A stretch of 64,000 nucleotides of DNA, taken from positions 778 to 64,777 of the forward strand of contig CAVJNH010000003.1 of the NCBI GenBank assembly GCA_963651005.1, in the 5' to 3' direction. A program made the translations under genes and the position numbers. This document shows positions 1-8,031 of the stretch, one piece after another. The stretch is from Oscillibacter sp. MSJ-31 (lineage in GTDB: Bacteria; Bacteroidota; Bacteroidia; Bacteroidales; Bacteroidaceae). Positions within the stretch are counted from its first letter, which is position 1; each line of letters begins with the position of its first letter. The notes below the pieces were generated by a model. It made no database searches. It was not told where the DNA came from and worked only from the letters and a program-made list of their open reading frames with translations.

Positions 1-198
1 GAACTCATAGTGCGACAGGCCGTCGGACTGGCGCGGCCCCTTGATGGTGAGGTAGGCCTGTTCGTCGCGCGTGCGCACCCTCACCGTGCGTCCGCTCTCC
101 CGGCAGATGTAGCCCTGCCGGATGCGGCTGTGGGAAAAGGCAAGCTCCTTGTAGGAATCGTCCCTCACAAGGAACTTGCGTTCTGTCTCGGTAGCCAT
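1..198 (-). CDS. CYTH-domain (triphosphate tunnel metalloenzyme) protein, 5' part; runs off the window edge
   Basis: Own translation MATETERKFLV...IRQGYI...TVRVR...AYLTIKG...HYEF; has the ExERKF and RVR/LTIKG motifs of CYTH proteins. Confidence 0.85.
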   Translation of the reverse strand, partial: MATETERKFLVRDDSYKELAFSHSRIRQGYICRESGRTVRVRTRDEQAYLTIKGPRQSDGLSHYEF

Positions 199-203
199 GG
201 TGC

Positions 204-347
204 TCAGGAAAGGATGACCATGGCCCAAAGCATGTAGAGGAACCCGAGGCCGATGAGGCCGCCGATGATCCACCAAATCAGATTCGAACCCTTTTTCTCC
301 TGTTTTTTGGCCCACGCGTCGCGTTTGGCTCTGCTTTGTTTACTCAT
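204..347 (-). CDS. 47-aa small single-pass membrane protein
   Basis: MSKQSRAKRDAWAKKQEKKGSNLIWWIIGGLIGLGFLYMLWAMVILS*; basic N-terminus followed by a TM helix; fills the gap between prfB and the CYTH gene; AT-rich leader. Confidence 0.7.
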   Translation of the reverse strand: MSKQSRAKRDAWAKKQEKKGSNLIWWIIGGLIGLGFLYMLWAMVILS

Positions 348-395
348 AATATTCTTGTTTTAGTGTGTTGTATATTCCTGTTTTCTTCCGGGCGG

Positions 396-1517
396 TTACT
401 CCTCGTCGGCGGTGGGAAATTCCATGAGGTAAGCCTTGATGAAACCGTCGATTTTCCCGTCCATCACGCCGTCCACATCCGAAGTCTGATAGTTGGTGCG
501 GTGGTCTTTCACGCGCCGGTCGTCGAACACGTAGCTGCGTATCTGACTGCCCCATTCTATCTTCTTCTTCCCGGCCTCAATCTTGGCCTGCGCCTCAAGG
601 CGTTTCTTCATGGCGCGGTCGTAGAGTTGCGATCGGAGCAAGGCCATGGCCCGCTCCTTGTTCTTGGGCTGGTCGCGGGTCTCGGTGTTCTCGATGAGGA
701 TTTCCTCCTCCTCGCCCGTGTCGGGGTCGGTGTACCAGTAGCGCAGGCGGACACCGGACTCCACCTTGTTGACGTTCTGTCCGCCGGCTCCACTGGAGCG
801 GAACGTGTCCCACGAGAGTTTGGCCGGGTCTACGTAGACCTCGATGGTGTCGTCGACCAGAGGGCTTACGAAGACGGACGCGAACGAAGTCATGCGCTTG
901 CCCTGTGCATTGAACGGCGAGACGCGCACCAGACGATGCACCCCGTTTTCGCTCTTGAGGTAGCCGTAGGCGTATTCCCCGCCCTCTATCTGCATGGTGA
1001 CGCTCTTGATGCCAGCCTCGTCGCCGTCCTGCAGGTTGGAGATGCTGACCTTGTAGCCGTGTGCCTCCGCCCAGCGCTGGTACATCCGCATGAGCATCGA
1101 AGCCCAGTCCTGGCTCTCGGTGCCGCCGGCTCCGGAGTTGATTTTCAGCACGCAGTCCATGGGGTCTTCCTTCTGCCGGAGCATATTCCGCAGTTCCAGT
1201 TCCTCGATGAGTTCGACGGCACGGCGATAGTCGGCATCGACCTCCTCTTCGCTCACCATCTCCTCTTTATAGAAGTCGAAGGCCAGTTGCAGTTCGTCGG
1301 CAGCCGCCTTCACGTCGTTGTAGCCGTCAATCCATTTCTTGATGGCCTTCACCTTCTTCATCTGCGCCTCGGCGCGCTTCTGGTCGTTCCAGAAGTCGGG
1401 AGCCTGGGTGCGCAGGTCTTCTTCCTCGAATTCTATTTTCTTCTCGTCAATCTTCAGGTAGTGACGCAGTTTGTCTGTCCGGTCCAGGACGTCTTTCAGT
1501 TGGTCTTGTGTAATCAT
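396..1517 (-). CDS. prfB: Peptide chain release factor 2 (continuous ORF, no frameshift)
   Basis: SPF specificity motif (VRVSPF), GGQ motif, WGSQIRSYV. Confidence 0.97.
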   Translation of the reverse strand: MITQDQLKDVLDRTDKLRHYLKIDEKKIEFEEEDLRTQAPDFWNDQKRAEAQMKKVKAIKKWIDGYNDVKAAADELQLAFDFYKEEMVSEEEVDADYRRAVELIEELELRNMLRQKEDPMDCVLKINSGAGGTESQDWASMLMRMYQRWAEAHGYKVSISNLQDGDEAGIKSVTMQIEGGEYAYGYLKSENGVHRLVRVSPFNAQGKRMTSFASVFVSPLVDDTIEVYVDPAKLSWDTFRSSGAGGQNVNKVESGVRLRYWYTDPDTGEEEEILIENTETRDQPKNKERAMALLRSQLYDRAMKKRLEAQAKIEAGKKKIEWGSQIRSYVFDDRRVKDHRTNYQTSDVDGVMDGKIDGFIKAYLMEFPTADEE

Positions 1518-1552
1518 TGTGTCTGCTGTTGGCGATGTTTCGGCAAGGGGGT

Positions 1553-3361
1553 TCAGTCCTCGTACATCTTGTCAATCTGTGCCTTGTAGTTTTCGTTGAG
1601 CACGCCGCGGCGAATCTTCAGCGTGTTGGTCAATTCGCCCCGTTCCATCGAGAGATGGCGGGACAGGAGGGTGAAGCGTTTCACCTGTTCGTAGTGAGCC
1701 AGTTGCTGCTGCAGGGTGTCTATCCGCTCCTTCATCATGGCGATGACCTGCGGATTGGCGCAGAGCTGTTCGCGGTTGTCGAAGGCGATATGGTGGTCGC
1801 GGGCGTACTCTTCGAGCATGCTGTAGACGGGGACGATGAGTGCCGAGACGAACTTGCGCTGGTCGGCAATGACGGCAATCTGGTCAATGTATTTGTCCAC
1901 AAGGAGCTTCGACTCGATCATCTGCGGGGCGATGTACTTGCCGTTGGAGGTCTTGAAGAGGTCCTTGATGCGCTCTGTCAGGAAGAGCTCCCCGTCGCGC
2001 AGATACCCGGCGTCGCCGGTGCGGAAATAGCCGTCGTCGGTGAACGCCTGCCGCGTCAGGTCGTCGCGGTTGTAGTAGCCCTGCGTGATGGTGGGGCCTT
2101 TGAGCAGGATTTCCCCTTCGTCGCTGATGCGTATGCTGAGGCCGGGGATGGGGCGTCCCACACTGCCCACGGTGTAGGGCTTGCCAAGACGGTCGCAACT
2201 GACAGTGGCCAGCGACTCGGTGAGTCCGTAGCCCACAATCATGTTGATGCCGATGGAATGGACAAATTCTTCCACATATTCGCTGACGGCTGCTCCGGCG
2301 GTGGGGAAGAAATGGGCGTTCTCCAACCCCAGTTCCTTGCGCACGAGCGAGAACACCGTGCGGTTGAGCAGTTCGTATTCGAGGTGGAGCGTCAGGGGCG
2401 GCTTCTTGCCGAGACTGAGGTACTCGATATTGTGTTTCCGACCGACGGCCAGCGCATGGCGGAACAGCTTGCGCTTCGCGCTGCCGGCGTGTTCAATCTG
2501 CTCCATCACGCCCTGGTAAACCTTTTCCCAGAAGCGCGGCACGCTCGACATACAGGTGGGGTGCGTCTGTCGCATGGACTGTTGCACGTCCTGCGGATGG
2601 GTGTTCACAATCAGCGTGGCACCCTCGGAGAGGCAGAGCAACGCCCACCCCCGTTCGAAGATGTGGGTGTAGGGCAGGAAGTTCATCACGCGGTCGCGCT
2701 CGCCCACCTCGACACACTGGTCGTTGGCGATGATGGCTGACAGGAACTGCCCGTGGGTCAGGATGACCCCTTTCGAGTCGCCGGTAGTGCCGCTGGTGTA
2801 GAGGATGTTGGCAATGTCCTCGCCGGTGGCCTCGCGCTGTCGCTGCTCCACCTCGGTCTGGCGGGGCAGTGACTCCCCGAGTTTCAGGAAATCGGAGAAG
2901 TAGATGGCGTTGGGGTCTTGCTGCGAGAGGTGCACCGCAGGATCGAACACGATGATGCGCTCCAGTGTGGGGCACAGCGGCACGACGCGGCGCGCCCGGT
3001 CGTACTGTTCCTGTTCGCCCACGAAGAGGAAGCGCACCTTGGCATCGTTGACCATGAACTGTATCTGCTGTTCGCTGCTGGTGGCGTAGAAGGGGATGGT
3101 GACGGCGCGGATGCCCCAGGCTCCGAAGTCGCAGAAGAGGTATTGGACGGCATTCTGCGAGAATATCCCGACGTTTTCCTGTTCCTTCACACCGATGTTG
3201 AGCAACGCGTTGCTGACTTTCTTGACGGTTTCCGAAAACGTGTTCCACGACAACGACTTCCATGCCCCGCCGCCAAAGTCCTGATAGACGAGCGCTTCGC
3301 GTCCGCCGTATTTCTTGGCAAGGTCGTGCACCAGTACTGACAAATGACTTCTTACTTGCAT
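1553..3361 (-). CDS. Long-chain fatty acid-CoA ligase (AMP-dependent synthetase)
   Basis: YTSGTTGDSKG AMP-binding loop, GYGLTE, FRTGDAG, ELTNTLKIRR. Confidence 0.92.
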   Translation of the reverse strand: MQVRSHLSVLVHDLAKKYGGREALVYQDFGGGAWKSLSWNTFSETVKKVSNALLNIGVKEQENVGIFSQNAVQYLFCDFGAWGIRAVTIPFYATSSEQQIQFMVNDAKVRFLFVGEQEQYDRARRVVPLCPTLERIIVFDPAVHLSQQDPNAIYFSDFLKLGESLPRQTEVEQRQREATGEDIANILYTSGTTGDSKGVILTHGQFLSAIIANDQCVEVGERDRVMNFLPYTHIFERGWALLCLSEGATLIVNTHPQDVQQSMRQTHPTCMSSVPRFWEKVYQGVMEQIEHAGSAKRKLFRHALAVGRKHNIEYLSLGKKPPLTLHLEYELLNRTVFSLVRKELGLENAHFFPTAGAAVSEYVEEFVHSIGINMIVGYGLTESLATVSCDRLGKPYTVGSVGRPIPGLSIRISDEGEILLKGPTITQGYYNRDDLTRQAFTDDGYFRTGDAGYLRDGELFLTERIKDLFKTSNGKYIAPQMIESKLLVDKYIDQIAVIADQRKFVSALIVPVYSMLEEYARDHHIAFDNREQLCANPQVIAMMKERIDTLQQQLAHYEQVKRFTLLSRHLSMERGELTNTLKIRRGVLNENYKAQIDKMYED

Positions 3362-3392
3362 AGCGTTAATCTACCCCCATCGTTTGTTTCTG

Positions 3393-3424
3393 CAAAGATA
3401 CGACTTTTTCTCCGAACAGCCAAA
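3393..3424 (-). promoter_or_regulatory. Bacteroidota primary-sigma promoter for the acyl-CoA ligase/prfB unit
   Basis: Minus strand TTTG (3424-3421), 20-nt spacer, TATCTTTG (3400-3393). Confidence 0.7.
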
Positions 3425-3507
3425 CGTTTTCCGCTGTTTCGGCAAGTCGACCTGTCCATTCAACGGGTTTGTCGCGGAGCCGACCGTCCGGACAACCGGC
3501 TGACCAC

Positions 3508-3562
3508 AAAATTTTCACTCGCTCGGCAGAGAGAAAAAACGCTCTAGGCAGAGAAAAAAAAA
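3508..3562. repeat. Intergenic dispersed repeat A, copy 1 (two tandem CTCTCGGCAGAG-A6 units)
   Basis: Aligns with few mismatches to 37975-38030. Confidence 0.8.
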
Positions 3563-3586
3563 GAGCCTTCCGGAATTGTTCCGTCA

Positions 3587-4147
3587 CTAGAACGACCAGC
3601 CCATGCCTATGTAGGGGTAAAATGCCGTTTTGTGGAGTCCGTACCTGTCACCGAAATTGAAGGAGGGCGAGAAACCGGCGCGGAACAGAAATCCATGGTC
3701 GCGCTGGTAACGGTAACCGATGTCACCAAACATGAAATATCCGAAGCGGTTGTTTGTGGACGTGCTCCATTCGCCATATCCTTCTGTTTCCGGAGCAACG
3801 GGCTGATGGTAATCCAACTTCGTCTCCTTGACATGATACACGCCCAAGCTCGTGCCACAGCCGACTTCCAGTTTGTGGCGCTTCTTCCCCAACAGCATAT
3901 TCAGCTCCAAGGGAACTCCAATGCCTTTGATGTTTTCTTCATAGAGGAAATGGGAGTTGTCCCCATATCCAAATCCGACACCGACCCGATAGCCCAATCC
4001 CGAGTTTCCCTTGAAACGGCTGTCATAGTTGAGGCCAGCCACATTCTGAGCACCAAGCAATTCTACGGATATGCTGCGTGCTCCATTCTCCGCCTGTGCT
4101 GTGAAGCAGCATAAGGCAAGCAATGAAAAAACCATCTTTTTTGCCAT
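3587..4147 (-). CDS. Hypothetical small outer-membrane beta-barrel protein
   Basis: Signal peptide MAKKMVFSLLALCCFTAQA, Gly/aromatic alternating strands, C-terminal YIGMGWSF; TAACTTTG promoter at 4174-4181. Confidence 0.7.
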   Translation of the reverse strand: MAKKMVFSLLALCCFTAQAENGARSISVELLGAQNVAGLNYDSRFKGNSGLGYRVGVGFGYGDNSHFLYEENIKGIGVPLELNMLLGKKRHKLEVGCGTSLGVYHVKETKLDYHQPVAPETEGYGEWSTSTNNRFGYFMFGDIGYRYQRDHGFLFRAGFSPSFNFGDRYGLHKTAFYPYIGMGWSF

Positions 4148-4296
4148 ATCGCATATCATTTGGATTTTGCCCGCAAAGTTACGCGTTTTATTTTGAACAG
4201 CAAAGGATTCCCTTGTAATTTTTTGGCGGGAACAGCAACGGTTATGGGATTTTTTTTGTAACTTCGCGGGCAGAACCGCAAAACACAGCAAGCAAC

Positions 4297-4962
4297 ATGA
4301 ACGTAGAGATAGAACCTTCGTGGGCAGAACGACTGAGGCCGGAATTTGACAAGCCCTATTTCCTGCAGCTCACGCAAACCGTGCGCACGGAATACAGCCA
4401 GCACCCATGCTATCCGCCGGGGCGGCTGATTTTCAACGCCTTCAACCTGTGTCCCTTCGACCGCGTGAAGGTGGTCATTCTCGGACAAGACCCCTACCAC
4501 GAGCCGGGACAGGCCCACGGACTGAGTTTCTCCGTGCCGGACGGAGTGGGCTTTCCGCCGTCGCTGCAGAACATCTTCAAGGAAATCCACGACGATGTGG
4601 GCACCAGCGTCCCCCCTTCCGGCGACCTGACACGATGGGCACGGCAGGGCGTGCTACTGCTCAACGCCACCCTCACGGTGCGCGCGCATCAGGCCAATAG
4701 CCACGCGGCCTACGGCTGGCAACAGTTCACCGACGCGGCCATCCGCGCCTTGGCCTCCGGACGCGAAGGACTGGTCTACATGCTCTGGGGCAACTTTGCG
4801 CGCAGCAAGGCCGGAATGATTGACCGCCAGCGCAACCTCGTCGTGGAGTCGGTGCACCCCTCGCCCCTCAGCGCAAACCGCGGCGGATGGTTCGGGCAAC
4901 ACCAGTTCTCACGCTGCAACGCTTATCTGGCCGCGCACGGCCAGCAACCCATCGAATGGTAA
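4297..4962 (+). CDS. ung: Uracil-DNA glycosylase
   Basis: GQDPYH and HPSPLS motifs. Confidence 0.97.
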   Translation: MNVEIEPSWAERLRPEFDKPYFLQLTQTVRTEYSQHPCYPPGRLIFNAFNLCPFDRVKVVILGQDPYHEPGQAHGLSFSVPDGVGFPPSLQNIFKEIHDDVGTSVPPSGDLTRWARQGVLLLNATLTVRAHQANSHAAYGWQQFTDAAIRALASGREGLVYMLWGNFARSKAGMIDRQRNLVVESVHPSPLSANRGGWFGQHQFSRCNAYLAAHGQQPIEW

Positions 4963-4986
4963 AACGAACCAAGGAGGAAACAGACC

Positions 4987-5583
4987 ATGAGAATCCCACC
5001 CATCATAGACGTTGACGGCGTTCTGGTGTCGTCAGACATCCTGACGGAATGTTTCTGTTGCGACCTCGATGCCTGCAAGGGCATCTGCTGCGTGGAGGGC
5101 GATGCCGGTGCACCGGTCACGGAGGACGAGGTGATGGCCATCGAGGACAGCCTCGACACCGTGTGGAGCGACCTCTCGGCTTCGGCACAGGCCGTGATAG
5201 ACCGACAGGGCGTGGCCTACTGCGATGCGGACGGCGACCTCGTGACGAGCATCGTGGGCGGGAAGGACTGCGTCTTCACGTGTTACGAAAAGGGGTGCTG
5301 CCTCTGCGCTCTGGAGCGTGCTTTCCGTAATGGTCTGACTCCTTTCTGCAAGCCCGTCAGCTGTGCACTCTACCCCATCCGCGAGAAGCGGTTCTCGGGC
5401 GGTCTTGTCGGACTGAACTACAACCGCTGGAGCGTCTGCAAGGAGGCTGTCCGGAAGGGGCGCGAACTGCAATTACCCGTATTCCGTTTCCTCAAGGAAC
5501 CGCTGACGCGGCGCTTCGGCAGCGCGTGGTACGAGGAACTGTGCGCAGTGGCCGCGCAGTTGCTGGAGAAAGAAAAGGAATAG
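4987..5583 (+). CDS. DUF3109-like cysteine-rich protein
   Basis: FCCDLDACKGICCVEGDAGAP and KPVSCALYPIR patterns. Confidence 0.8.
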   Translation: MRIPPIIDVDGVLVSSDILTECFCCDLDACKGICCVEGDAGAPVTEDEVMAIEDSLDTVWSDLSASAQAVIDRQGVAYCDADGDLVTSIVGGKDCVFTCYEKGCCLCALERAFRNGLTPFCKPVSCALYPIREKRFSGGLVGLNYNRWSVCKEAVRKGRELQLPVFRFLKEPLTRRFGSAWYEELCAVAAQLLEKEKE

Positions 5584-5607
5584 TATTTGTCAGGGGACAC
5601 CAATACC

Positions 5608-8013
5608 TTACTGGAACGTTACGGTCTTCGTCTGTCCGGCCTTCAGCCGCATCTCGCTCTTCCAGTCGCCGCAAACCAACGTCACCTTGCCGTCGGCTTT
5701 CGCCTTGACGCTCGCCTTGACAGGCCGTCCGTCGCGCCACTCCATCGCCACTTCATAGCCGCCACGGGCACAGAGTCCGCTCACCGACCCCTTGTTCCAT
5801 GCGGCAGGCAGTGCAGGCAACAGTTCTATGGTGGCCTTTCCGCCCTCGTAGCGGCTCTGCAACAGCATCTCTGCCACGCCAGCCGTGCCGCCGAAGTTGC
5901 CGTCAATCTGGAACGGTGGATGGGCATCGAACAGGTTTGGATAGGTGCCGCCGCGGTGGGGCAGCGACGAAGTGCGGTCGTTTTCCGGACGCACCGGAGT
6001 GAGCAGTTGGCGATAGATGCGGTAAGCCCGTTCACCGTCGTGGAGGCGCGCCCACAGGTTGATGCGCCACCCGGTGCTCCACCCCGTGCTCTCGTCGCCC
6101 TTCTGGTTCAGTGTCTGGCGGCAGGCTTCCAGCAAGGCCGCGTCGCGCAGGTGCTGGCCGGGATAAAGGCCGATGAGGTGCGACTGGTGGCGGTGACGCG
6201 GGTCTTTGTCCTTCCAGTCGTAGTACCACTCGTTGAGGTCGCCTGCACGGCCTATGGTGTAAGGACGCAACTGGCCGAGACGGCGCTGCATCCGCGCCAG
6301 CACGGCAGGTTTTTCGCCACAGATGCGGTGTGCCTCCAACAGATTGGTCTTCAGTTCGCGGATGATGGCCAGGTCGGCAGTGCCGCCGTAACAGGTTGTT
6401 CCCACATACCCTTCATCCGTGACATACTCGTTCTCCGGCGAGGTCGACGGGGCGGTGATGAGCTGTCCGGGCTGCTTCGGGTTCTCTATCAGCCAGGCAT
6501 CGCAGAAATCGTCGGCCCCTTGCATCAAGGGCAGAGCCACGGTGCGCAGATACTGGCTGTCGCGGGTGAAAAGATAGCGTTCCCACAACGTATTGACGAG
6601 CCACGCACCACCCATGTTCCAGCAACTCCACATCGGGCTCTCGCGGTTTTCGCCCACGGGATTGGTCATCGCCCACAGGTCACTGTTGTGGCTGGCGCAC
6701 CAACCATGCCCGATGCCATAGAAATTGCGGGCCGTATGTTGGCCGTTTTGGGACAGTGCCTCGACGAAAGCATCCAGCGGCTGCGCCATCTCCGCCAGAT
6801 TGGTGGTGAAGGCAGGCCAGTAGTTCTCCTCCAGATTGATGTTCATCGTGTAGTTGCCGCGCCAGGGCGACCAGAGGTGTGGAGTCCACAGTCCCTGCAA
6901 GTTGGCAGGCACACCGGCAGTGCGCGAGCTGCTGATGAGCAGATAGCGTCCGTATTGGAAATAGAGGGTTTCGAGATAGGCATTGCCTCGCGGAGTCGGC
7001 CGTACCGCGTTTTCCGTACCGTCAGCAGAGGACGGAGTGAACACCTGTGCGCGCAGCAGGCTGTCGGTGGTTACCTGTGGCTCTTCACCGCCCAGATGGA
7101 GCTTGACGCGGTCGTAGTATTCCCGGTAATCGCTGACATGGCGGCGGCGCACTTCGGAATAAGTCGTGTTGACCGTGTGCCAGGCATCGTCGGCGGCCTG
7201 CTCCAGATAGGGAGCACCGGCTGTGACGGGATGGTTGCGCGGTCCGTTGTAGCTGGTGGCGTTGACCAGATAGACGGTGGCCGTCGTGGCGTGGCGCAGA
7301 GTCAGTCCCTCACGGTCGGCCGTGACCGTGCCGTCGGTCTCGCCCAGACGCACCACGGTGCAGAAATGGATGCTTGACGTGGCATCGCCCGTGGCGTGAC
7401 CCGTCATGGTGAGCTGGTTGCCGTTGCTGGCCTTCACTTGGTGGGGCAGCTGTGAGCTGAGAACAAGACGGAAGTTGATTGCACCGGCCTTGCTGGCTGT
7501 CAAGCGGATAGCTATCGTGCGGTCGAGATGGGAAGCGATGTACTCGCGGGTGAAGATGACACCGTCACGCTCGAAGCGGTCGGAGGCGACGGCCTGGTCC
7601 AAGTCAAGGCAACGCCGATAGTTCTTCGTCCGTCCCTCGTTCCAATCGTAGAGATGGACGGTAGTCAGGGGCTGATAATGCTCGGAGTTGTGACCTTCCA
7701 CGTGAAGCTGCAGGCTATCCGCCCGACGATAGTCCTCGGCAAAGAGCGCCTTGCGTATCTCCGGAATCCACCGTGCCGCTCCAGCTCCCTCGTTGTGGTC
7801 TACCGGCTGGCCGGTCCACAGCGTGATGTCGTTCAGATAGAGGAGGCAGTCGTCCGTGCCGCCGTACACCAATGCGCCCAACTTGCCGTTGCCGATGGGC
7901 AGCGACTCCTCGAAATACCGCGCCGGGCGGTCGTAGGTGAGGCGCATCGGGAGCTGCTGGGCTGCAACGCCGACAGTCGTCAGGAGCAACAGGAGCAACA
8001 GGCTTTTCCTCAT
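5608..8013 (-). CDS. Secreted glycoside hydrolase family 95 (alpha-L-fucosidase/galactosidase-like)
   Basis: Signal peptide; LPIGNGKLGA, FQYGRYLLISSSR, NINLEENYW, HRHQSHL, PPFQIDGNFG. Confidence 0.92.
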   Translation of the reverse strand: MRKSLLLLLLLTTVGVAAQQLPMRLTYDRPARYFEESLPIGNGKLGALVYGGTDDCLLYLNDITLWTGQPVDHNEGAGAARWIPEIRKALFAEDYRRADSLQLHVEGHNSEHYQPLTTVHLYDWNEGRTKNYRRCLDLDQAVASDRFERDGVIFTREYIASHLDRTIAIRLTASKAGAINFRLVLSSQLPHQVKASNGNQLTMTGHATGDATSSIHFCTVVRLGETDGTVTADREGLTLRHATTATVYLVNATSYNGPRNHPVTAGAPYLEQAADDAWHTVNTTYSEVRRRHVSDYREYYDRVKLHLGGEEPQVTTDSLLRAQVFTPSSADGTENAVRPTPRGNAYLETLYFQYGRYLLISSSRTAGVPANLQGLWTPHLWSPWRGNYTMNINLEENYWPAFTTNLAEMAQPLDAFVEALSQNGQHTARNFYGIGHGWCASHNSDLWAMTNPVGENRESPMWSCWNMGGAWLVNTLWERYLFTRDSQYLRTVALPLMQGADDFCDAWLIENPKQPGQLITAPSTSPENEYVTDEGYVGTTCYGGTADLAIIRELKTNLLEAHRICGEKPAVLARMQRRLGQLRPYTIGRAGDLNEWYYDWKDKDPRHRHQSHLIGLYPGQHLRDAALLEACRQTLNQKGDESTGWSTGWRINLWARLHDGERAYRIYRQLLTPVRPENDRTSSLPHRGGTYPNLFDAHPPFQIDGNFGGTAGVAEMLLQSRYEGGKATIELLPALPAAWNKGSVSGLCARGGYEVAMEWRDGRPVKASVKAKADGKVTLVCGDWKSEMRLKAGQTKTVTFQ

Positions 8014-8031
8014 ATCATGACCGCATGACGT

